DNA of 62,881 nucleotides, the filler included, from Nemertoderma westbladi (Eukaryota; Animalia; Xenacoelomorpha), in NCBI GenBank assembly GCA_032718475.1. It is 3 parts of 3 records of this genome, joined end to end, with 100 filler letters (N's around TTAATTAATTAA, not from the genome) between each part and the next. Parts side by side here need not be neighbours in the genome. Positions count along the whole stretch, not along the records: positions 28,052 to 49,497 come from JAUCBJ010000572.1; positions 49,598 to 62,881 come from JAUCBJ010004448.1; 1 more part is not named here. One strand, written 5' to 3'. Each line of letters opens with the position of its first letter. Position 1 is the stretch's first letter. Below the pieces are notes generated by a model. That model was given only the letters and a program-made list of their open reading frames with translations. It did not search any database and was not told where the DNA came from. Both the position numbers and the translations under genes were made by a program. This document shows positions 42,886-54,578 of this stretch, one piece after another.

Positions 42886-43136
42886 TTTCATGATTTTACC
42901 GTGCACTATTTTACTTAATTCAGTATTACGTATGCAAGTAGTTAGGCTCCTATATCTTCTCGTATTGTAATGTTTTCACATATTTTGCAGTAATATTAAT
43001 AATTTAGAATGTAATTTAAACTTTATGTATCTTACTGTGTAGTATTGGCTGATGATGGTTTAATGTAATAAATCGAAACGTTCCGCTTAATTAATTATGG
43101 CATTCTTTTCATTCGCGCTAATTATTATAATTTTAC
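42886..43136 (+). mobile_element. 251-bp insertion with 12-bp TSD and hammerhead-like core (Penelope-like fragment)
   Basis: TAAACCTGGTTG at 42874-42885 and 43137-43148; the paralogous block near 28960 has the empty site. CTGATGA-t-GGTTTA-atgtaa-TAAATC-GAAACGTTC at 43049-43083. Confidence 0.65.
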
Positions 43137-44076
43137 TAAACCTGGTTGAGTTGGACCGCACAGTTTAATTAATTACACGTTGTGGGGTCTTCGAGCAGCA
43201 CGTGTTCAAATGTTCAATGACTGAGCAGCGACTAATTAGCAAATTTATGAGGGATTCATTGACCAGCTACCGACAGACCAATATTGTGACATATATTTTA
43301 GTTTAATGTTTGATTCAATTAAAGGCACAAATTAAAAAGGCTACAAATATATAGGGTTGAATAATTAAATTAGTCACCCATTAAAAGGTAGCCAAATATA
43401 AGTTGCAATCTATATAAATTTTTAAATTCAGTAGTGTGCGTGTGTTGTGTATTGATTCCGTAGATTTCATGTTGAAATAGCGTTCATTAATTTAATTTCT
43501 ATTTAATTATTCAGGCATACTAATACCCACTTTAAATTAGTTCGTGTGTGTTAAGTGTGTAAGATTTGATTGTTTTGGCACGAACCCATTAGGGCACAGA
43601 AACTGACGGATTCTTCGCGAATTTCGCAAACGTCGCGAATTTCGCAAACGTCGCAACCTTCGGGAATTTTTTCTACAATTTTGACTCCTTAAGCAAAAGG
43701 GTCCCGAATGAGTTTTTTAACTTTTATTTTTTGTGATATTGATTGCTTTTTTATATTAGTGAATGTTCTAGAACCTTAGTAGATTTTTTATGGTATAATG
43801 CTAGTATTTTTTACTAGCTAGTAATTTTTGGAAATAATTTTGGTCATTAATATATTCTTCAACAGTTTAACCTGAAATATCATGGACATTCACATTTTTT
43901 ATAATTTCTAAAAATACTAGCTAGCAAAAAAACACTACCGGTAGCTATCATAAAAAACGTATCTACTAATGTTCTATAACTTTCACCAATAACAAAAAAA
44001 TTTAAAAACTCTAAAAAAGGATTGGTGAAAAATGGCTGGGGTGTCGACAGGGCGAAGTAGGGACCGTGTTGCTTAA

Positions 44077-44954
44077 CCCCTTAGAGCCTATGACGTCCAG
44101 TGCATGTTAACATGGACAGCACTAAGACGTGCAGTGGACGTCATGCTGGGATACATGTTTTATTGGAAGGCTCTTGGAGTGTATACTGGTGGATAGTATT
44201 AAAGACATTTAGTGCTCTTCATGGCAAAAAATCCATTCTGTACTGTAGATAGGCTGTATTGTAGACTGTATTATCAATGTTAGGTATATGGCGTAATGCC
44301 AACCACAGTACAGTAGTACAGACTGACAGTAAGACCGACAGACAGGACTAGATTTATGTAAACGTGTAAACTGACATCAGAAATGAAATCAGCAACCCTT
44401 AACACCCCCATAGCGGGAATGTTGGTTAATTTGAATTATTTTTATGTTTTGACAGACTGACTAACAGAATGACCGACAGACAGACAGACTAGATTTATGT
44501 AAACGTGAAAACTGACATCAGAAATGTAATCAGCACCCCTTAAAACCCCCACAGCGAGAATGTTAGCGACACGTTTTAATTATTAACCATATTTCGTAAG
44601 ATATATTTTAAAACATGTATTTATTAATAATGCAATAACTGAATAACCAGATAACGGAAAGACAAATCGAATTGAAACTTTTAATTACTAATAATAGTTG
44701 TGGTGAGAGGTGATTGGAAATCAAGCATATATGTTATGATATGGTAGGCACAGGCAAATGAATTGATGTCTGTTGAGATGTATTGAAGGAGCACTATTCC
44801 TTCTACTATACTACTACAGGTTAGGCCATGTCCTTGTGTGCTAGCCTAGGCACTGGCTTGGTCAATGACTTTAGCTTGCCATGTTAGTAATGTACAACTT
44901 CATGAAAGATTATTGGGCACGGCTGCCCTTGTCATGCCTTAGGCTCTATGAGGG
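44077..44954. mobile_element. Degenerate piggyBac-like MITE
   Basis: TTAA|CCCCTTAGAGCCTA ... TAGGCTCTATGAGGG form imperfect TIRs; the right TTAA is not preserved. Confidence 0.35.
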
Positions 44955-45221
44955 AGAATGGAATCAGCGTATGAATTTACAATGATAATTATGTTTAAAT
45001 AAATAAAAAATACATTTATTAACGCAAATCACTTGAAAAAATAAAAAACTATAATGGAATGGGGTACATGGATTCCAGATATCTAATTTCAGTGCAAAAT
45101 AACTTTAATCGTATGGTGCTAAATAATTAATTTCCATGGAGAGACCGTTCAAAATGACTCAACCATACAATTTAGCTGAAGATATAAATTTAGATTATGG
45201 CTTCCGACATTTAGGGCTTCC

Positions 45222-45332
45222 GACACACACACACACACACCCCCCCCCCCACACACACACAGACTTTTGAAAAACGGCCATAGTATAATTATATCAGTTC
45301 GCTGATGGCTCGCCATTCGTGTCTCGCCTCAC
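45222..45332 (-). mobile_element. 5' end of a Helentron-like element (subfamily with (GT)n microsatellite)
   Basis: Near-identical to 46816-46922; its reverse complement resembles the terminus at 20696. Confidence 0.6.
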
Positions 45333-45499
45333 ACAAAATACGCATTCACGCAAACAAACAAGTAAAATTAGCCTCGAGATAGCGATAGTTTACGTGCTCG
45401 GGATGAGAGCTTTCGATCATTTGCTCAGATTGGTGCTCGTGTGTCGGAGCGTATAGCTTGGACAGACTCACAGACAGACAATGCATATTTATATATAAC

Positions 45500-46922
45500 A
45501 CTAGAAATCCCGTGGCCTTCGGCCGCTGCTTTCTAGTTCACAAGCTTCTATACAGTCAATCAATCAATGGACAATATCAAACCTAAATAAATAAATTAAT
45601 TAACTTAACAAAACTTTACATAAGTGAGCATTCTCTCAAACAAACAGACTGATGCCGCTTTAGTTGCAGCTACATACAATAATAAACATAAGGCTTTATG
45701 TTGTAGTAGATAAATAATAAAATGGGAAAAGGTTTAAACTGTGTGATATTTTCCCCTTAGTGGAAAACTGTATAACTGCAGAGTAGTGGTTAGCGTCCTC
45801 GCAAATATTACCTATAGTGCAGTAGGTCACTGCAGCAACTCTACCGTATTAAAATAGAAGGTTTTAATTTCAGACATTTCGCCTCCTAGTGGCAGACTGC
45901 ATAATTCTGCACTGGTTAGCGTCCTCCCCAAACACGAAGACTGTAGTAGTCCACTGCCAAGTGCCAATTATCAGCAAAAAAGCATTCATAAACAACAAAA
46001 TTGTAGGTTTCCTCATTCAGACATTTCATCCCCTAATAGCGGCAGACTGGGGAACTGTAGATTGGTCATCGTCTCCCCAAGCCCAAATACACACCCTACG
46101 GTGTAGTATACTCTGCTTGGTATCAGCAAAAAAACATTATAAACATATTGTGTAAAGGACCTAAGTATCAGCTAAAAATCATTATTAATAACAAAATAGG
46201 ATAAGATTTTCACTTTCAGACATTTCGCCTCCTAGTGGCAGACTGAAGAACCGCAAACTGGTCGGCGTCCTCCCAACACGCAGCTATGGTCAGGTAGAAT
46301 TTATTCTGCAAAGTGTCAGCAGAGTGGTTACGATGATGCAGTTATTGCATCATCGTAACCACTCTGCAGTGCTGTTATAATTTCCTGCTTGCTGATCAGT
46401 AATTTCTCCGATAACAAAACAACTGCAGAATAATGCAATTTTACCTCAAAGACGCATTCATGCAAGTATCAAGTAAATGTGTAAAAAATCAGCCTCAAGA
46501 TAGCCATTACAATTCATGTTCACGGGCTCAGGATGGTCTGCATCATATAGATGCACGCACATGATAGAGTCAAGATCCAACTTGTAGGAATACGGACTGA
46601 CGACCTGCTAGGCCTACCTCGCTAGCACCCATCCGGTACATTGCAAAAATGAATAATTGAATCATTTTGTGTTTATGATTATAAACAATATGTGAACAGA
46701 AAAAAGCTAATCTAAGATTTACTGCTGGTTCTTACCAATGTAAGTCAAGAACCAATCACAGTAGATCCACTCCGCTCTCCTGCTGGGTCCTATTTATTGA
46801 GATTACTACTTAACCCGACACACACACACACACACACTACACACACACAGACTTTTGAAAAACGGCCATAGTATAATTATATCAGTTCGCTGATGGCTCA
46901 CCATTCGTGTCTCGCCCCACAA
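45500..46922 (-). mobile_element. Diverged Helentron-like element related to 20696-22256, with four degenerate core repeats at 45750-46260
   Basis: The minus strand starts ttgtggggcgagacacgaatggtgagccatcagcgaactga, versus ttgtggggcgagccacgaagttggcggagccttagcgaattga at 20694. The cores read cagtctgccactaggaggcgaaatgtc. The 3' boundary is uncertain. Confidence 0.55.
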
Positions 46923-47574
46923 CCATGGGAACATTCAAAAATAAGAGAGTTGCCAGATTTCAACATCCGATTCAACATGTAGTAAGTATTATGTACCAAC
47001 ATGGTGTCGGTATAAATCAGTCACACCCCCCCCCCCCCCCCCCCCCCCTCCCAACCTCTAACCTTTATAATTATTATTATATCCTACGTTGTGATGGAAC
47101 CCAATTATCATGACCATTCTACATTATTATCTTGGCAACATCCTATTGACTATTATTAATGTACTTCAGCCCCTATGACATCTCTAATACATTGGATAGC
47201 CGTAGCTGGATTATACAAAAAATATATTTTTTGGCATCTCCCATCGTTTCACAGATACCAAACGTGATATGAATACATTGTGTATACTGTAGCTAGGTAG
47301 GCAAAGTAAACATTCGAATATAGCCAACAATTATTACATATTATTATAATATAGAGTGAAACGCCCCTTAATACAGAGTTTATTACTTATTGTCAATTCA
47401 GTTTTGCATTCTAATTATTAATTTAATTAATTATTTAATTAACAACAACCATACTATAACGCAACCAATATAACAGCTCAACAAACTAGAACAAAAAGGT
47501 TAGTAGTTTCCAGAATCAACACAAATCTGTGATATAGTTTATAATAATCATTATTAAATTACATTCATTAAAGT

Positions 47575-49017
47575 ACGATTTATTAAAGACTACAAACCTA
47601 GGCACCACCTAACTCCAGATGACTTTTCTGAATCTGGACTACTTAACTTAGATACAGGTAGTAGAGTTAAGCAGCTACGCCTTAACCATGTGCATAAAGT
47701 GTATAATGGTAAATGTCCCAATTACCTAAAACAAAAATTCAACAGAGTACGCGATACACACTCTTACAGTACCAGAGCTAGTGCTTCAAACTTCTACCTC
47801 CCGAATTGTAAATCCTTCGAATCTGATACTTTCTTTTTTAAGGGGGGGGTACACCATTTTGGTCAAAAATATGTCGAAATTTTTTTTATGATCTATTATA
47901 ATGCACCATTGAATGGTGTTTCCAAATCTGAAAACCGCTATTTAATAGCTCTTTTAGTTTTTAAGTTATAACAATTTCCATTTAGGGATTCCTATTGAAA
48001 TTACTATTACTATGTATAATGAAAGGTCGATTATCTCCAAATATTTTTTTTATGAAATTGTCAACTTCAAAACCCTACTACTTCTACAATTTTTGAGCAA
48101 TTAGTCTGAAACTTTCTGTGGGTGTCTACATAGCCACCCTGCATAAAAGTATCAGACAACTTTTCGAAATTATTTGTTAATAAAATTTAATACTATTTAT
48201 AACAAACCTAAAAATTAGGCATAAATTTGCAGCGCCACCTAGCGGTGCAGAATTATTTTCACAAAATTTCGCCTGATAGTTATGTTGCCCCATCTTTGAT
48301 CTATCATATAAAAAAACTTTCATGTGATTAGATTCAAAACTGTAAAAGCCTTAGGGTTTTAAGCGCAACCAAGTTTTTTTTGTTGTTAACTAGTATTAAC
48401 TAATATTAAATAGCGAAAAATAAAAATTTTCTAACCTGTCATGTAGAATAGCATCTTAGGCACTTATATTCCAAATTATAGCCAAAACCAAACAATTTTG
48501 AAACGCTGAGAGTGATAAATCGAAGAGTTGTCCGAAAATGGTGTACCCCCCCCTTAACGGCATTAAAAATTGGAACGCTCTGCCTAATGAAATTAAAAAC
48601 CTAAATAATCAACATTCTTTTAAATCTGCAGTTAAATCTCACCTCCGTGTGCAATGTAAAAATAGGTACAATAGTCCTACAGTAAGTTATTAGTTTATTA
48701 ATTATTTACTATTTATACTGTAATTACGTTTTATAATAAATTGTTCTGTACATTACATCTTTATCGTTGAGTCGGACATTGTCACGCTCTCGGTAAAGTT
48801 GTACATGTACATAGTGTAATTACGTTTTATATTGGTTTTAGGTTAGCGTAGTGTAATATTGTATTTGTAACCAAGTAACACAAAGGACCCCCTTGGAAAT
48901 AAGCTGCAAAGCTTTAGGGGTAATCCTCTATGTTATGTTGGACAATACCTTTATACCGGTACATTGTTTGGTGTATTTGTTATTGTTTTTACATAATGTA
49001 TAAATAAATCTATCTAT
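47575..49017 (+). mobile_element. 5'-truncated CR1/L2-group LINE 3' end, interrupted by a DNA transposon
   Basis: HKVYNGKCPNYL...HSYSTRAS...DTFFF continues in frame as NGIKNWNALPNEIK...FKSAVKSHL once 47842-48557 is removed. 3' stem-loop at 48885-48927, then AATAAA and a tcta tail. Confidence 0.8.
47842..48553. mobile_element. Non-autonomous Kolobok-like DNA transposon (712 bp)
   Basis: Perfect 19-bp TIR GGGGGGGGTACACCATTTT and TTAA TSD (47838-47841, 48554-48557). Purine-starting TIRs with a TTAA TSD indicate Kolobok rather than piggyBac. Confidence 0.85.
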
Positions 49018-49497
49018 TAATGTTTATTGATTAGTTTTGTGCAAGTTGTCCACCACACCACTCATCTGCAAACTGAGACACCTGGAAGAACTACGACTAC
49101 ACTAACCAGTATACATTCACGGATACATTCCTCAGTTCTAGGAGGTAAATGGAAAAAGTTCATAGACCGTCTGCAAATTTGGGTGTGAATTACATACTAC
49201 TGCCTAACTGGTTCCTCAAGTCTGATGTTTTATATGTTGCAAAATAGTTTGCAAAATATGCTGGTTTGTTCAGTGACTGGTGAGGTGTGCAACAGTAAGA
49301 CTCCTCTCTCTTGGCTGTTAAGTATACAGCAGGCTGGGAACACACTAACTCCCAAGGCTGAACACTACATTACATATCTATCCAACCTTATCTTTAATCC
49401 CATTGCATCTACCGATTGGGCACTAATGTCTATTTTTTTGCTGATGGAAACAACATGGAAAATTTCCTCAGCATTTAGTCGGATTCGAACCTGCGTT

Positions 49498-49597
49498 NNN
49501 NNNNNNNNNNNNNNNNNNNNNNNNNNNNNNNNNNNNNNNNNTTAATTAATTAANNNNNNNNNNNNNNNNNNNNNNNNNNNNNNNNNNNNNNNNNNNN
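49498..49597. other. Scaffold gap (N44-TTAATTAATTAA-N44), artificial
   Basis: Same construct as 27952-28051. Confidence 0.95.
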
Positions 49598-50406
49598 TAA
49601 CTGGGTAACAGCAATAGGAATGGGGGGGGGGGGGGGGGGCTACAGGACAGTATATACCGTATCTTAACCCCCTCCAGTGAAAACTCACCACTGCATTTAT
49701 AAATTTTCACTCTGTGCAAATCCATCCCCGGATAAATTTCCCCAGGTTATTCTCACCACCCCGGGCTGCCCGGTCTGCCGTTGTATTTATTTGTATTTTC
49801 TACAGCTGTACAGTACAGCCTGACAGCAGTACTTAACTATATACAAATCTCCAGCGTGTGTTTGCGAGTCTTTAGTCTGTCAGTCTGTGTATTAGAAGTA
49901 TCATTATTATTAAACACGGCGAAATATTATAAAAATGTTAACACCGGAGAAAAACAACAAGGTACACTTACGGTAAAACCAGGTACACTAATAGTTGAAT
50001 TGAGATCAGAAAAACACGAATGAATAAAATTAGTGACCAATGCTTCTTAAGAAAATAAAAACGGACAGTACATACTAAAGAGAGAAATCAAGCGGAAATT
50101 TAAACGGAAATGAAGTAAAAATATTGAAATTATGTATGTAAATACTATAAACAGTAACATTAGAGCAGCATATTATTAAAAATTTACAAATCTTATAAAA
50201 ACGTAACAATATGCCATATTAAATTAAAAACGTATACATGAGTTCAAGTAGTACAGTAGAACAAATGACATTATTACAAATATAGATATAGGAGGCAGAT
50301 AACAATTAATAGTATGTATACATTCTGAAATTATAATAGATATGATAAAAACATAAAGTAGAACAGATAAAAATATATATTATATTTACAAATAAAATTA
50401 CAATAA

Positions 50407-51752
50407 TTACACTAAATTCCGGTTAAACTTACAAAAAGAAAGCAGGTTAATTTCTTTGAGTATTAGAGAAAATAACAGTTTATTACGGCAATTTACAACT
50501 TCAGCTGGAAGCGAGTTCCAAATGGGCACCACTCTATGGGAAAAATTATCTTTGCACATCTGCAAGCGCGACTGTTTATGAAACAGTTTACGGTCGTGAC
50601 CTCTCAACCCACCCCTAGGGCAGTAGGGGCCAAGGTAAAGAAGTCAGCGAAGTTTAGGTCGACTTCGTTGTTCGAAAGAGCGAAGGTCATCTTGAGGTCA
50701 ACAATTATGCGGCGCACTTCCAGGGGTTGAAGTTGAACTACGTTAATTAGATTCAAATAGCTTACTGTACAATCCAAATTACAACGTTTAAAAGGGCGAC
50801 GCGTAAAATATCTTTGTACCCTACCCGCTCAAGTAAGTCTATACAACATAAATGAAAATACCATATAGGCATAGGCGTACAGTACTCTAATAAGGGATGC
50901 ACATAAGATTTAAAAGCCGTAATTAATGCAGAACGATTCGAAGTTAAAAAGCACTTGAAAATCAAATTTGTCATTTTTAGGGCTGTAGGGCCTTGGCAGC
51001 TTGTTCGCGACAATAAACATCGAAATTAAGAGAACTACACATTGTAATGTAATACCCAGGTCTCTACAGGCTGACAGGAAGTGTCAATCTTTAAACATTT
51101 ACCACCTAACATGTACAGATGTACGGTACTGCGTATCATTTCGGTCTGCCGAACCGATGTAAAGCACGGTGCACGCAGCAATTTTGAGTTGCCATGTATC
51201 AGCCCACTTTTCCAAAGCAGATAAAGCTTCAGCGAGTTGCAAATTATCGGACGAGCGCGCATACAGCTTTACATCGAGGGCGAACAATTTGCATGATACA
51301 CTATTACCGATTATATCAGGCTGTCAGGTACGGCTGTACGGTAGGTCATTAATAAATAACACAAACAATATTGGGCCAAGTACGCTACCTTGAGGCTGTG
51401 AGGGTGAGGGTACCGGATAGTACATGACATACTGACATAGCAGACATCGGAAAAACTAATTCCAACAACATCACGTTGGCTACGATCAGATAAAACGCCG
51501 ATAACCACAATAATAAATCTCCAGATACACCGTACCATATGCCGATACTGCGATAATTCAGTAATTTAGATAATAATTTCCTATGCAGCTATGCTGCTAT
51601 GTACAACAGAATCAAATGCTTTCGCAAAATCAATATAAATTGTGTCCGTGCTCTGTCGACTATCTAATAAATTGCACCAATCAGTTGTACATTCCAATAA
51701 TTGAGTAGGCCTACAGGCTGACAGGTAGACCGTTTCTTTAGGAACCCATGTT
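50407..51752 (-). mobile_element. Decayed CR1-group LINE RT and C-terminal region
   Basis: Fragments HGFLKKRST, IYIDFAKAFDSV, FALDVKLY, ALEKWADTWQL, FKSYVHPLLEYC and RGHDRKL...FSHRVVPIWNSLPAEVV, with many frameshifts. Confidence 0.85.
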
Positions 51753-52494
51753 ACGATTTAGATATTATTTAAGTATCTGTAGCTGTAGGCCTAGTCGTCT
51801 ATTCGTTTAACTGTCAGACTGTAGGCTTATCGAATTTAAATTATATTGAAATTTAATATATCATGGGGGTAAGAATACACTGAGGGACGGGCTGACGGGG
51901 GGGTAGGGGGTGGGGTGGGGGTTGTACCGGTAAATTCCTGGTACGTCAGCAACAATAGCGACCCTATTTATCAAACCGTGGCAAATTCTTGGCCTGACTG
52001 CCTGACACTGGCAACTGGCAGACTGCAGGACTGGGGTAATTCGTAGGACCGGTCAGGAGGATGTTGAGTTGATGTAGGCCTACTACAGTACCGTACTAGC
52101 TAATTGGAATAATACTGTCACTCACTGTCACTGTCAGTGTCAGACACTCTGACTGTTACTGCAGTACCGGTACTGGTACTGTCTGACAGTGGAAGCAATT
52201 AAAGTTAGGTCTTCAGGTCTTGCAGTCCTGGCGGGTTGGTCTGTAGGTCAGTAGTCAGTGTCAGTGTCGGTGTAGGTCAGTGTCTGTCAGACTCAGACAA
52301 CAGGACAATGCAACGGCAATAGGCTGGTAGGCCTACAGGCTACTGGGTAAAATGAACTTAGATCCTGCAAGGCCTGACTTTGATGAACTTGATCGTTGCG
52401 AACATAGATCCTATCTGGGTAAACTTAGATCCAAAATAGGTGAACTTAGATCCTAACTAGGTAAAACTAGGTCTGTGCTGGGAGTGCTACTATT

Positions 52495-54578
52495 CCAGTG
52501 CACAACTAATGATTCTGACCAGAGTATCGATGATAATTGCATCTCACCCAAGTTTGCAGACGATACAAATGAGGCTGCTTCAGGAGATAATATCTCAACA
52601 ATATCACAGATATTAACGCGCAATCTAGAGAGCCTTAATGAATGGTTCATCCAGAACAGGATGACCATGCACTTTGGCAAAACAAAGGCCATATTATTTG
52701 GAACCTGGCAAAGGCTATCTAATTGTACTGGTGATCGGTTGACAGTTTCTTGTAATGGGATTCCAATACCAAATGAGGAAGAAATAAAATATCTTGGCTG
52801 TTGGTTCAATGAGAGTCTTAATGGCGAAGCCATGATAACGAAAATAGTGAAGAAAGCAAACTCACGGTTGAAGTTCCTCTACAGAGTCAATTCTCTCCTA
52901 GACTACACTCTAAAGCGTCTGTTGTGCAACGCGCTGATTCAACCTTTACTCGACTATTGCAGTATCACTTGGTTTCCCACCGCATCTAAACATTGGAAAG
53001 GAAGACTAGAATGTTTGCAACGTAAGATGGTGCGATACTGCCTATCACTCGATTCACGATCCCATATTGAAGTCTCACACTACCGACAAATTAACTGGCT
53101 TCCAATCCCGGATAGAGTAAATCAACAAATACTGACACTTATGTATAAAACTCACAGTAACTCCGCCCCAGATTATATATCAGAAATGGTCACTTTTGAA
53201 GAAGATAGATTGGATAGGAGAGCCTTGAGGAATTCGGAAATGAAAGCATAAATTCCTTATCGTAATACAGTCTTTGGACAAAAGTCGTTTTCGTATCTAG
53301 GTCCAAAACTCTGGAACGATCTACCAGTCAGTGTTAAAAGTGCACCAAATATCGAAAGTTTTAAGCATCAAGTAAAAAATTACTTTATGAACCACATTGA
53401 TATCAGTTAATTTTAATATTTTGTTGTCGTGTATACTGTATATGACGTGATAAAGTAAAGGACATTTTAATGTCAACTCATATTGGAATTTCTATTGTAA
53501 TTCTAAATTATATGACGTACCTTATTTACAGTACTGTATGTTAAATTATTTTACTAATATTTAATTCCTGTATTTTATTTGATATTCTTATTTTACATCA
53601 CTTGCATGACCTACGTACTATAATATGTTCATAATCTATGCTTTTATAATTTTTTAATAACTAATATTGTACCAGTGTTTTGTAATCTTTTTTAAAATAA
53701 TTTTGTGATCTTTGTTTTAAATAATGTTAGTAATACGGTTTTTTTTTTTTTTTTTTAAATAATGCCTGCTACTTAACCTTTTTATATCATCTGCCCGGAA
53801 ATATACATGGAAATTCATTATTTTTAATATTTTAAAACTACTCTGCACTGGAAAAAACGATGTTGTACTTAAACTTAAATTTGTTTAATTTTACTAGCAC
53901 TTTTTGACTAGCACCTTATGAATATCCGTCACCATCATAATTTCCACTTAATTAACCTACTTTTATTTTACTTATCCTTATTTTTAATTTTGCCAACCTT
54001 TTACTTGTACGTAATTACCCAATCATTGGCTACAATTAATTGTGACATTGCATGCAATTCCAAATATTTATTTTTAATGATTATTTTTAGTTGATGGTGT
54101 ATGAAATTAACCCTAGACTTGTTGCAATCTGCTATCGTACGTGCAGTAGATCCATTTGCACATTTCGTACTTATCCGATTATTTTTTAGAGGACCCCCAG
54201 GGAGATGAGGCTATGCCTCATGGGGCTATCCTACGAGACATATTTGCCGTATTTTACCATAACATAACTACAACTACAGTATTTTATTTATAGTATCAAT
54301 ATATTTTAAGCTATATTTACCGTTATAACCCATTTGATTGTAACTTCAGGGATAATGACTGTAGAAAGGGTCTAATGCCACGGTTAACGAAAACTGTTTA
54401 AACGATAGAAACTGTTTTCGTTAACCGTGGCATTAGACCCTTTCTACAGTCATTATCCCTGAAGTTATAATTATGGATACGCCACGAACGGCATCATTTC
54501 GACGTCTTTCCCATTTGATTGTTGTATTACAGTATTAATATTATGATCTCAATAAATCAATATCAATATCAATATCAA
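52495..54578 (+). mobile_element. 5'-truncated L2/Crack-like (CR1-group) LINE inserted into the 21-bp satellite
   Basis: KFADDT, KYLGCWFNESL, ALIQPLLDYC; a premature TAA at 53249 is followed by GQKSFSYLGPKLWNDLP...FKHQVK to 53410. Long 3' UTR, stem-loop at 54191-54232, AATAAA and a (TCAATA)n tail. Confidence 0.88.
54342..54509. mobile_element. 168-bp foldback insertion with 13-bp TSD
   Basis: CCCATTTGATTGT at 54329-54341 and 54510-54522; perfect 54-bp inverted arms at 54341-54394 and 54414-54467. Confidence 0.8.
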
